Source: a bacterium | GTDB lineage: Bacteria > Patescibacteriota > Minisyncoccia > Phycocordibacterales > UBA2100 | DNA: 64,000 nt | Direction of reading: 5' to 3' | Assembly (NCBI GenBank): GCA_038128225.1 | Contig: JAYPJF010000001.1 | Span: 2,155-66,154, forward strand | Shown here: positions 18,496 to 26,549 of the stretch, in pieces | How positions within the stretch are numbered: the stretch's first letter is position 1 | Layout: each line of letters begins with the position of its first letter | The notes under the pieces: model-generated | Told to the model about the DNA's origin: nothing | The model's input: the letters and a program-made list of their open reading frames with translations, nothing else | The model's database searches: none | Translations under genes and position numbers: made by a program

Positions 18496-19467
18496 TCAAA
18501 CTGCATTACCGTCAGGCGGTCGCAGGAAAAGCGACGTCAAAGACCCTCCATCATGGATCCGTCTAATCGCTTGGGCCAATAAGGGCGCAATCGAGAGTAC
18601 GGTTACATTTTTAGGAAGCGCCTTTCCGGTAAGAGGGACGGTGTCCGTCACCACAAGCTCGATGATACTGCTCTCCTCTATCAAACTCAACGCACCGGCA
18701 GAAAAGAGTCCGTGCGTCGCAAACGCATACACTCCTTTTGCGCCAGCTTTCATTGCTGCCTTTGCTTCTTCTACCAACGTACGCGCGGAATCAACCATGT
18801 CATCAACAAAAAGAACATACTTACCCCTAACAGCGCCCACGATAGTTACGCCACCGATCATTCCTGGTGCAGAACGTTCTTTTAAAAACATCACTATGTC
18901 ACTTACCCCAAGAAGTTTCGCGTACTGGCGTGCACGTGCGACCCCACCTGCGTCAGGTGACGCAACCACAAAAGGAGTCTTGATGCGCTTCTTGAGATAC
19001 TGCACAGCTACAGAAGCGCCCGCCAGGTGGTCGATCACCATCACAGGATCGAAGTAGCCCGCAGTCGGTGCCGAATGCAAATCAAACAAAAGCACACGAT
19101 CGGCTCTTGTGGTGCACAATATATCTGCTACCACTTTTGCACTGTGCGCAACTCGTGGCCGATCTTTTCGATCCTGGCGATTGTACCCAAGATACGTAGG
19201 AACGAGTGTGATGTTTTTTGCCGAAGACCCGCGCGCTGCGCGCGCGAGTAATATCATTTCAAGAAGATTTTCAGCAGGCGGATGTGTCGCGCCAACAATA
19301 AAAACATCTGCATCGCGTACATTACTCGTAACCTGCACGTCTATTTCTCCATCGTTGAACCTTCCGATGCGCGCTTCTCCAGGGTCAACACTCAGTAGAC
19401 TGCATGTCGATCGAACGAGTTCGGTACTGTTGTTAGTACCAAACACCATAATGCGACCGTTTGGCAT
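18496..19467 (-). CDS. prs: Ribose-phosphate pyrophosphokinase
   Basis: FNDGE, YLGYNRQDRK, DLH, SPDAGG, VDDMVDSARTL, ATHGLFS. Confidence 0.95.
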   Translation of the reverse strand: MPNGRIMVFGTNNSTELVRSTCSLLSVDPGEARIGRFNDGEIDVQVTSNVRDADVFIVGATHPPAENLLEMILLARAARGSSAKNITLVPTYLGYNRQDRKDRPRVAHSAKVVADILCTTRADRVLLFDLHSAPTAGYFDPVMVIDHLAGASVAVQYLKKRIKTPFVVASPDAGGVARARQYAKLLGVSDIVMFLKERSAPGMIGGVTIVGAVRGKYVLFVDDMVDSARTLVEEAKAAMKAGAKGVYAFATHGLFSAGALSLIEESSIIELVVTDTVPLTGKALPKNVTVLSIAPLLAQAIRRIHDGGSLTSLFLRPPDGNAV

Positions 19468-19520
19468 ACATACCTCCTTTACCCTTATTCGTAACCAGGA
19501 TCACTGTAGTGTACTCGTAT

Positions 19521-19558
19521 AGAAAAAGAAAGAGGCGCACGCGGATGCGTGCGCCTCT
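19521..19558 (-). terminator. Intrinsic terminator after the 19583-20107 gene
   Basis: AGAGGCGCACGC-GGAT-GCGTGCGCCTCT followed by a U-rich tract on the minus strand. Confidence 0.8.
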
Positions 19559-19582
19559 GAAAGCTTGGCGAACTCCTCGAGC

Positions 19583-20107
19583 TTAGTTGCTCGTGCCGGT
19601 CTCGGTCGTGGCCGGATCGATGGGAGCGGCCGGGCCCGGCTCGACCTTCGGAAGCTCGGTCGTGACCGGCGCGAGCGTTGTGGAAGCATCGGGTGCCGAC
19701 GCGATGTCGGTGCCGTTCGTCTTCGCATACGCGGCCTGGAGCTTCGCGGCCTCTTCGGGGCTCACGAAGAACGTGATCCCGCGATCGCAGGAGTTGTTCC
19801 CCACGTCCAGAAGCCGACTGCCGAGATAGCCCTCGTACTTGTACTTGACGTTCTCGCCGACCTGGCCGACGAGAACCACGGCGTCGTCGATCCTCATGAC
19901 GCACTTGTCGCCGGCGACGTTGTCGCGCCCCTCATTCCAGTTGTAGCCGGCGGCGTCGACGATCGTGACCTGCGTATCCGCCTCGATGAGTCCGTAGGTC
20001 GGCTCCGTGACAGGAACCGCCTCCCCAGCAAGGATCGAACCGCCGAAGAGGCCGACAGCGAGGAGAGACAGGGCGAGCACGAATCCGAATTTGGGTTTCT
20101 TGCGCAT
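19583..20107 (-). CDS. Hypothetical secreted protein, GC-rich coding sequence
   Basis: Signal peptide, AAAGGAG SD, Pro/Thr-rich tail, own terminator. Confidence 0.78.
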   Translation of the reverse strand: MRKKPKFGFVLALSLLAVGLFGGSILAGEAVPVTEPTYGLIEADTQVTIVDAAGYNWNEGRDNVAGDKCVMRIDDAVVLVGQVGENVKYKYEGYLGSRLLDVGNNSCDRGITFFVSPEEAAKLQAAYAKTNGTDIASAPDASTTLAPVTTELPKVEPGPAAPIDPATTETGTSN

Positions 20108-20190
20108 AAATACTCCTTTTTGTGCGCTCGTTGAACCGGATCAGGGTTTCAATGTAGATCCGGACCGCTCAAGACTATAGTACAGAAAAA

Positions 20191-20706
20191 TTATTTTACA
20201 AGTTTTGGTACCTCTATCGACTCCCACGTGTTTTTAATCAATGCGAGAAGTTTTTTGAGTGCTTCTTGCGTCAAAACCAAGGAACATGTGTTGATATTTG
20301 GATGTAGGTGCACAAAATCGGCGGCAAAAAGTCTCTGATCAATAAATATATGCACGCGCCGCTCCTCATCATTGAGTACCCCTAGAAGCGATACAGACCC
20401 CGGTTCCACTCCAAGACATCGTTTCAGTTCGTCTGGGTTACCGAATAAAAGCTTCTTTTCACCTACCCGATCCGCAAGGACATTCAAATCGACCCGCTCA
20501 CCATCTGCCACCACCACCAAAAAATAGCGCGACCCTTCGCGGTTACGCAGAAAAAGGTTCTTAGTACCTACGCCCGGAATATGCGCCGCGTGTTCCTGTA
20601 CTGCTTCGTACGTAAAAAGCGCGGGGTGATCGTACCGCTCATACGCTATGCCGTGTCCTACGAGAAACGCGAGCGCGCGTTTCTCTTGTTCTGCGTGGTC
20701 TCTCAC
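20191..20706 (-). CDS. YbaK/ProX-like aminoacyl-tRNA deacylase
   Basis: HPALFT, TKNLFLR, LGVEPGSVS, HPNINT. Confidence 0.9.
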   Translation of the reverse strand: MRDHAEQEKRALAFLVGHGIAYERYDHPALFTYEAVQEHAAHIPGVGTKNLFLRNREGSRYFLVVVADGERVDLNVLADRVGEKKLLFGNPDELKRCLGVEPGSVSLLGVLNDEERRVHIFIDQRLFAADFVHLHPNINTCSLVLTQEALKKLLALIKNTWESIEVPKLVK

Positions 20707-20707
20707 G

Positions 20708-21124
20708 TTACTTTCCCGACGTGTCCTGCATGATTCCGAAAATCGTTCCTTCGGGGTCTTTGCAGTATGCAAGCCACCCTACCCCCGGGATTTCCATTTT
20801 TGGAAGCGCAATCGAGCCTCCCGCTTTTTCAACCTTTTCGATCGTGTCATCAACCGACTCGACTGTCAGACTACATACAAATGCATTGACCGGCTCTCCT
20901 CCCTGCGGCTTCGGCCCTTGTCTTTTCACCATCCCGCCGTTGATCCCAGGCCATTTTGACTCGTCTTTGTAATTTTCAGGAGCGGTCATGATAATCCAAT
21001 ATTCAAAACCTGCCCCAGGAGCATCCCACTTTCGAACCTCCCATCCGAACACCCCTCGATAAAATGTGGCAAGTTTCTCTGGGTCCTCCGCATGTATCTC
21101 AAAATGAACTACGCGATTCATCAT
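20708..21124 (-). CDS. VOC/glyoxalase family protein
   Basis: VVHFEIHAEDPE..FY..VFGW, GINGG, KDPEGTIFGI. Confidence 0.92.
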   Translation of the reverse strand: MMNRVVHFEIHAEDPEKLATFYRGVFGWEVRKWDAPGAGFEYWIIMTAPENYKDESKWPGINGGMVKRQGPKPQGGEPVNAFVCSLTVESVDDTIEKVEKAGGSIALPKMEIPGVGWLAYCKDPEGTIFGIMQDTSGK

Positions 21125-21155
21125 ACTGCTTTAAATGCTACTCTTTATAAATAAA

Positions 21156-21593
21156 CTACTTTTTCCTTTTCATCTCTGCGCTTACCAGGCCGGGATTTTT
21201 TGCAGCGTGCTGAAGGACTTTTTTTAACGCGGGAAGATGTATGTCTTCGACCTTTTTGAATCGTATGCAGCTTTTACCAACACTTACTTTTCCCAGCTCT
21301 TTTCGATATTTCTCAGCAAGATACTCTCCCTTGTCGAGCGCACACACGTATATACTTACATATTGTTTCTGATTTGCGAGTGAAATTACTGGCCACCCAA
21401 CCTGCTCTTTCTTGGCATTGATGTACGGAAAACTACCGTATCCGAGCATATTATATGCAAAATGAGGTTTGAGCTTCGGAACAGTTTTCTGAATAAATGC
21501 GTGCAGGAAATTGATGGTTTCTGAACGTTCAGCAGGTACCGCATCGAGATACGCGCGCACTGTTTTCGCCTTAGTCGGCTTAAACATGTTCAT
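21156..21593 (-). CDS. DUF1801 family protein
   Basis: MLGYG..LANQKQYVSIY..GKSCIRFKK. Confidence 0.88.
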   Translation of the reverse strand: MNMFKPTKAKTVRAYLDAVPAERSETINFLHAFIQKTVPKLKPHFAYNMLGYGSFPYINAKKEQVGWPVISLANQKQYVSIYVCALDKGEYLAEKYRKELGKVSVGKSCIRFKKVEDIHLPALKKVLQHAAKNPGLVSAEMKRKK

Positions 21594-21607
21594 GGTTGCA
21601 GTATACG

Positions 21608-22084
21608 TTACTCCTCGCTTTTTGGCTTGCGACGCAGAGGCTTGATGTAGTGCACTGATTCCTGTGCTTTCTTAAAACCCACGGCTTTATGAAACTTTTG
21701 GCTTCGAATATTTTTTACACTGGTATCTGAAGCAATTTCTTTATACCCACGCGCTTTAAGCCACCGCTCAACATATTCAAGAATATGCTCTCCAACTCCC
21801 TCGCCACGAAATTGTTTGTGCACAAAAATTCCTTCGAGGTATGGGATTGGGTATTCGTGCGCCCCTTCGACACAATCGGTACGGAACGAGACGTTGGCGA
21901 ACGCTGCGGGTTCACCGCTGTTGCCATAACACATAAACGCCGTGCCTTTTCTTTTTCTAAAAAATCCATCGAAATTTTCAATGAGGTCTTTTCTTTCCGC
22001 GAGCGGCGAAAGTTCCTGATTCATCAAAAACCATTCTTTAAAATCTTTGCGCTGCACTCTTCTGCACGTAATGAGTTGACTCAT
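21608..22084 (-). CDS. GNAT acetyltransferase, aminoglycoside 6'-N-acetyltransferase AAC(6')-I-like
   Basis: SFRTDCVEG, YLEGIFV, FRGEGVG, EIASDT..N..SQKFHKAVGF. Confidence 0.8.
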   Translation of the reverse strand: MSQLITCRRVQRKDFKEWFLMNQELSPLAERKDLIENFDGFFRKRKGTAFMCYGNSGEPAAFANVSFRTDCVEGAHEYPIPYLEGIFVHKQFRGEGVGEHILEYVERWLKARGYKEIASDTSVKNIRSQKFHKAVGFKKAQESVHYIKPLRRKPKSEE

Positions 22085-22282
22085 ACAATATATGTGTCCT
22101 TATGTGAGAGGCTAGCACCCCTTGATGCATAAAGGCAAGCGTCTTGTATCGTGAAGTACCCGCCTGCCCTTGGTGTTATCAGAACGCTCTGGAAACCAAG
22201 GGTGTTTGACGACCCTAGGATCGCATGACTGAATTCAGTCTATTTCTACACAATAGTTGGAGAGAAATGCAATGTTTTTTCT

Positions 22283-22591
22283 CTACACTCGAATTGTGAG
22301 TAGAAAGGTCACGTCATCTTCAGCTTCAAGATGCTCTCTTCTGCGAATCTCCGCTTTCAGAGGCAGTAGATACGCGCCCGCTTTCTTGTCGGGAAAAATA
22401 GACGTGTGCCATGATGTTTTTCCGATAGTTACCACGACTGGCAGTGAGCCCCATCCTTTTGCTCGTGCGCCGAAGTGTTTTTTAATTTCCTCTGATTGTT
22501 TTTTCGGAACGGAAATAAAATGCCAACCAGCCATTCCAGGGTACAACCATATTTTCGATTTTAGTTTGAATTCGTTCTTTGCCACACTCAT
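22283..22591 (-). CDS. DUF1905 family protein
   Basis: WHFISVP..GWGSLPVVVTIG..WHTSIFP..YLLPLKAEIR. Confidence 0.9.
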   Translation of the reverse strand: MSVAKNEFKLKSKIWLYPGMAGWHFISVPKKQSEEIKKHFGARAKGWGSLPVVVTIGKTSWHTSIFPDKKAGAYLLPLKAEIRRREHLEAEDDVTFLLTIRV

Positions 22592-22768
22592 TGACTATAC
22601 CATTGGCGGGCGTCTCGCAGTTAGTACTCTGAGGTCTAACCACCACAAGGGTTTTTTAGCGACTTTCGCTAGATTATTTTGAGGCGTCAGCATAGGGTCT
22701 AACTTTTAGACAAGCTGGGCGAGATTTGATACAGTCTTGCTACTCAACAATTAAGAGGAGACTGCGTC

Positions 22769-23014
22769 ATGTACGCGGTGGCAAACGTTGAAAAGTTCCT
22801 TTCCGATAACAAAGGCAAGATCAGCCATCAGAAGGCGGCGGCGATCCTGAAGCGCGCACGCAAGCAGGGCGAACCCGACGGCGTCCTGATGGCAGGCATG
22901 AGCAAGGATCTTTGGCGAGACGCTAAGCTCGAAACCCAATTCGGGCAAGTTCTGACCAACGACGTCGAGCATATCGAGATGAGTTTCAGGGCTATCAGAG
23001 CTCGCAAACACTGA
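22769..23014 (+). CDS. Hypothetical 81-aa basic protein
   Basis: TAGACA-N17-TACAGT promoter, AAGAGGAG SD, downstream terminator. Confidence 0.75.
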   Translation: MYAVANVEKFLSDNKGKISHQKAAAILKRARKQGEPDGVLMAGMSKDLWRDAKLETQFGQVLTNDVEHIEMSFRAIRARKH

Positions 23015-23038
23015 ACGATTCTATCTCCGACGGATTTC

Positions 23039-23067
23039 AGCCCGGACTAGCGCCGGGCTTCTTTTTT
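23039..23067 (+). terminator. Intrinsic terminator
   Basis: AGCCCGG-ACTAGCG-CCGGGCT-TCTTTTTT. Confidence 0.82.
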
Positions 23068-23103
23068 AGACCTCAGCATACCTCCGATAAAAAATACCTA
23101 GGG

Positions 23104-23190
23104 CGGAGAGGGAGGGATTCGAACCCTCGGTCCGGTTGCCCGGACACGTCCTTTCCAGGGACGCGCTTTAGACCACTCAGCCACCTCTCC
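23104..23190 (-). tRNA. tRNA-Ser(GGA)
   Basis: GGAGAGG acceptor stem, loop CTGGAAA, long variable arm, GTTCGAAT T-loop; CCA not encoded. Confidence 0.96.
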
Positions 23191-23227
23191 GTGTTATGAG
23201 TTTATACCACCTAGAATGAAACGGTGC

Positions 23228-23257
23228 CAAAAAAGACCCCGCGCGCTTGCGCGGGGC
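23228..23257 (-). terminator. Intrinsic terminator
   Basis: CCCCGCGC-GCTT-GCGCGGGG with a T-run on the minus strand. Confidence 0.75.
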
Positions 23258-23280
23258 CCTTCCGTCACAACCAATAGAGC

Positions 23281-23709
23281 TCAAGGATCAGCGCCCCCCC
23301 TGTTCCGCTCGACAGGAATGGTCCACGCGCGAGCGGTGATGAAGGCGGAATCTCCCGGCTCAGAAGAACTGCCGTCCAAGCGACGTAAGCTGCCGTGACG
23401 TCGCCACTGATTCATCCGGTGGCGTTTCCACGAATTCCCGTACTGCCGTTGATAACGCCTCAGCTCTGCCCGCCGGCAACGCTCTCGACGCTCTGCCGCC
23501 GCATCAACAGGGTCCGCTTCCTCAGCGGGATCCTCTTCCCTGTAGTGTGACACCATCTCGAAAGATGCGTCGAGCCACTCTTCGAGCCACTGCCGACGAT
23601 CTTCGGCAGCGAGGCGAGAGATCGTTTCATCATAGGTTTCATCGAATGGATCACGCGGTGAGTCCCATTCCCAGCTCGTGCCCGGGTCGAATACCTGACG
23701 AGTCGACAT
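23281..23709 (-). CDS. Hypothetical protein, acidic N-half and Arg/Trp-rich C-half
   Basis: AGGAGG SD, TTGACT..TATAGT promoter, terminator; SWKRHRMNQWR motif. Confidence 0.65.
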   Translation of the reverse strand: MSTRQVFDPGTSWEWDSPRDPFDETYDETISRLAAEDRRQWLEEWLDASFEMVSHYREEDPAEEADPVDAAAERRERCRRAELRRYQRQYGNSWKRHRMNQWRRHGSLRRLDGSSSEPGDSAFITARAWTIPVERNRGGADP

Positions 23710-23785
23710 CTCTCCTCCTGTTCTCTTTTTCACTAAAACTCGTGGCACTATACAATATAGATATACAAAGTCAATATTTCTACAC

Positions 23786-24685
23786 TTACACTCTCATGCC
23801 GCGCAGCGCTGCTAGGCGTTCTGGTACCGGCGGGTGGGTCGAAAACAGCTTCGCAATAAACTTCCCTGCCTCAGCCGCGCCAAAAGGGTTGGAGATAAAT
23901 AAGTGCGCAGTCGCATGACTCGCGTTTTTCATTGGCGTCTTGTAGTCGCTAATTTTTTCAAGCGCGGATGCAAGTCCTTCAGGATAGCGAGTTAAAAGCG
24001 CTCCTGATGCATCAGCAAGAAATTCGCGCCGCCGAGAAATGGCGAGCTGCAAAAGCTGCGCGGCAATCGGAGCCACTATCGCAGCAACAACCGCAGCGAT
24101 AGCAAACACAACACCCGCCTTTCCACTATCACTATCACGCCCACCACCGTAAAAACTCATCCTCAAGAAAAAGTCTGCAAGAATTGAAAGAAACCCCACA
24201 AGCACCACAGCAACGGTCATGACTAAAATGTCACGATTGCCGATGTGTGAAAGTTCATGCGCGAGCACACCTTCAAGCTCAGAACGATCGAGTCGCTCTA
24301 AAAGTCCGGTGGTCACCGCCACGACACCGTTTTTTGGTCCACGTCCTGTTGCAAACGCGTTCGGAGCAGGATCATTGATAACGTACACGCGCGGCTTAGG
24401 CAGACCTGCGGTGATCGCGAGGTTTTCAACCAATCGATTAAGCTCGAGCCATTGAGAACCCTCAGCTGGTTTTGCGCCCGTTGATGCAATCGCTACCTTG
24501 TCGGAAAACCAGTACGCACCAACATTCATCACGATGCTGAAAAATACGGCGACCCAGAGAATCGCCGGGTCACCGAGGTATGCCGACATAACCCACCCAA
24601 CCAACATCACCATGATGAAAAAACCGCTCATAAGTACCCATGTTTTCCATACATTTGCTGATTGATGAGCGTAGAGAGATGCCAT
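23786..24685 (-). CDS. htpX: Zinc metalloprotease HtpX (M48)
   Basis: PNAFATG, AHELSH, SRRREFLADA, FSTHPP. Confidence 0.95.
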   Translation of the reverse strand: MASLYAHQSANVWKTWVLMSGFFIMVMLVGWVMSAYLGDPAILWVAVFFSIVMNVGAYWFSDKVAIASTGAKPAEGSQWLELNRLVENLAITAGLPKPRVYVINDPAPNAFATGRGPKNGVVAVTTGLLERLDRSELEGVLAHELSHIGNRDILVMTVAVVLVGFLSILADFFLRMSFYGGGRDSDSGKAGVVFAIAAVVAAIVAPIAAQLLQLAISRRREFLADASGALLTRYPEGLASALEKISDYKTPMKNASHATAHLFISNPFGAAEAGKFIAKLFSTHPPVPERLAALRGMRV

Positions 24686-24787
24686 ACGAATATTGTGCTG
24701 AAATTCATTGTGTTTGCAAGCAGTGCTGATTTTTGTGTACACGACACTGCGTTCATCCATGCGCAATTTTTGTGAGATAATTCACAC

Positions 24788-25471
24788 ATGACTTTTGAAC
24801 AACCCCCAAGAAATGGTAGTGGCACTACTTCAGAGAAATTTTGGCAGAGCGTTGAGTCTTGGATAAGGGCGCGCAACCGTGACCTTAATATTGCAACGGG
24901 AATTTTGCTTGCTGGCCTTGCCGGGTACGTGTATTTTCACAACAGCAAAGAAGTACACTGTCTGGCTCAAAACATTATTCACGAAGCACAGTTTGAACCA
25001 AAAAAAGGCCAAGAGGCTGTCGCGCTCGTCACTGTTTTGCGCGCCCTTTCTGGCAAATATCCTGAATCAGTGTGCGGGGTCGTTTTTCAAACAGAGCACG
25101 GCAGACAGTTCTCATGGACCGGAAATAAGGCGTTGGTTGCTGAGGATATAGGCGCCCGCCTTACGCATCAAATCGCGGAAATCGCGGAAAATGTTTTCGA
25201 TCTGAAAGATAACCCCAACGCACTCGCAAAGAAAGTTGCAGAACTAGGATTGACACAAGATACATATTTCTACAAACGATTCGACTGGGTGGGCGAAAAA
25301 CTAACTGAAAAGACAAAATGGTTTTTTGAACAATGCCTTGAGCCCCTCAGAGATACAAGTGGAAACCCGCTTCAGATAGGCGCCCATGTGTTCTACCGCC
25401 CGCGACTCGAATATTGCCCACCGCCACAAAAAATTCCTCCCTTGCCGGAGCGAAACCCGGTACGTTCGTGA
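24788..25471 (+). CDS. SleB-like cell wall hydrolase (Hydrolase_2) with N-terminal TM
   Basis: CLAQNIIHEA..EP..GQEAVA..YPESVCGVVFQ..QFSW..IGAHVFY. Confidence 0.85.
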   Translation: MTFEQPPRNGSGTTSEKFWQSVESWIRARNRDLNIATGILLAGLAGYVYFHNSKEVHCLAQNIIHEAQFEPKKGQEAVALVTVLRALSGKYPESVCGVVFQTEHGRQFSWTGNKALVAEDIGARLTHQIAEIAENVFDLKDNPNALAKKVAELGLTQDTYFYKRFDWVGEKLTEKTKWFFEQCLEPLRDTSGNPLQIGAHVFYRPRLEYCPPPQKIPPLPERNPVRS

Positions 25472-25526
25472 CTTTACAAATTGTCCCCCGTTCGTATGCT
25501 CTTCACAGTTGCAAAAGGAGGACCAT

Positions 25527-25880
25527 ATGCACTACCGCGATGTGCCCGCTTCTCAACACGTAGCACTGGTTAATAGTAACGCCGATTTGATTGCAAGCGC
25601 TCTCGAACGCATCGTTGGAATGAAACACTTCGTTAGTTCGGCGGTGATCACTGATGCCCCTCGATCGGGCCGGCTGCTCTATACCACGCGAGTTACCGGC
25701 GACACGCCACTTCCCGACGGTTCTGCCTCAGCTATTGCTCTTGCAATCGATATTGTAATTCTGAGCGAGGAAGCGCGCTACTACCCTGTGACCGTGCTGG
25801 GAAAAAGTAAAGGGTGGGAGGTGCGGCGTACGCTCGTGCGAAATCAACCGGCGGCTATTTTGTGGACTGCTTGGGTGTGA
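25527..25880 (+). CDS. Hypothetical protein
   Basis: TTTACA-N17-TATGCT, AAGGAGG SD, terminator at 25888-25913. Confidence 0.68.
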   Translation: MHYRDVPASQHVALVNSNADLIASALERIVGMKHFVSSAVITDAPRSGRLLYTTRVTGDTPLPDGSASAIALAIDIVILSEEARYYPVTVLGKSKGWEVRRTLVRNQPAAILWTAWV

Positions 25881-25887
25881 AAGCCGA

Positions 25888-25913
25888 CCCGTCCGAAAGG
25901 ACGGGCTTTTTTT
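25888..25913 (+). terminator. Intrinsic terminator
   Basis: CCCGTCC-GAAA-GGACGGG-C-TTTTTTT. Confidence 0.85.
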
Positions 25914-25921
25914 GTATCAAT

Positions 25922-26470
25922 TTAAAATTGTACTTTCACCGGCTCTTTTGCTGCCTGTTCGTTCTCGGCAAGTGCAAAGAAATCAGATTCCTTAAACTTG
26001 AACATGCTGTTGAGCGCATTGCCTGGGAATGACTGGAGCCCCGTATTCAATTCTTGCACTACCGAGTTATAGAAACGACGCGCCGCTTGAATTTTGTTTT
26101 CAGTATCGGCAAGTTCGCGTTGCAATTCGAGAAAGTTCGTGTTTGCTTTAAGGTCTGGGTAGTTTTCCGAAACAGCAAACATGGTCTTCAGCGCACCTGC
26201 GAGCATATTTTCCGCCTCACTATGTTCCGCGACTGTTTGTGCATTCATGGCACGTGTGCGCATCTCCGTTACTTTTTCAAGGGTCGTATTTTCGTGACCG
26301 GCGTATCCTTTCACGGTCTCGACAAGGTTCGGAATGAGATCATAGCGACGTTTCAGCTGCACATCGATATCCGACCACGCCTCCCGTACGCGATTAGTAA
26401 GTGTGACAAAGCGATTATAAATCCACATAACCCACAAACCAGCGCCAACAAGTATGATGAGTATCCACAT
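25922..26470 (-). CDS. lemA: LemA family protein
   Basis: WSDIDVQLKRRYDLIPNLV, ENYPDLKAN, ENKIQAARRFYN. Confidence 0.96.
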   Translation of the reverse strand: MWILIILVGAGLWVMWIYNRFVTLTNRVREAWSDIDVQLKRRYDLIPNLVETVKGYAGHENTTLEKVTEMRTRAMNAQTVAEHSEAENMLAGALKTMFAVSENYPDLKANTNFLELQRELADTENKIQAARRFYNSVVQELNTGLQSFPGNALNSMFKFKESDFFALAENEQAAKEPVKVQF

Positions 26471-26503
26471 GTCTGCATTTTAATACTCTCGAAAAACCAT
26501 GCA

Positions 26504-26532
26504 AGAAAAAACCGGCTGCACGCCGGTTTTTC
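26504..26532 (-). terminator. Terminator after groEL
   Basis: GAAAAACCGGC-TGCAC-GCCGGTTTTTC. Confidence 0.8.
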
Positions 26533-26549
26533 CTCTCGTGCGCGTATTC

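Larger units (their letters stand above)
22687..23080. mobile_element. Candidate non-autonomous one-gene cassette with inverted ends and an 8-bp direct repeat
   Basis: TCAGCATA-G-GGTCTAA (22687-22702) ... TTAGACC-TCAGCATA (23066-23080). Confidence 0.5.

Noticed and set aside
19565-20134. Overlapping ORFs on both strands in the GC-rich island
   Set aside because: Stop-poor frames are expected at high GC; only 19583-20107 has an SD, signal peptide and terminator.
20191-22711. Integron cassette array (GNAT/VOC/DUF genes, GTCTAAC resembling an attC core)
   Set aside because: Gaps between most genes are 1-31 nt with no attC hairpins, no paired GTTRRRY at a suitable distance, and no intI in the window.
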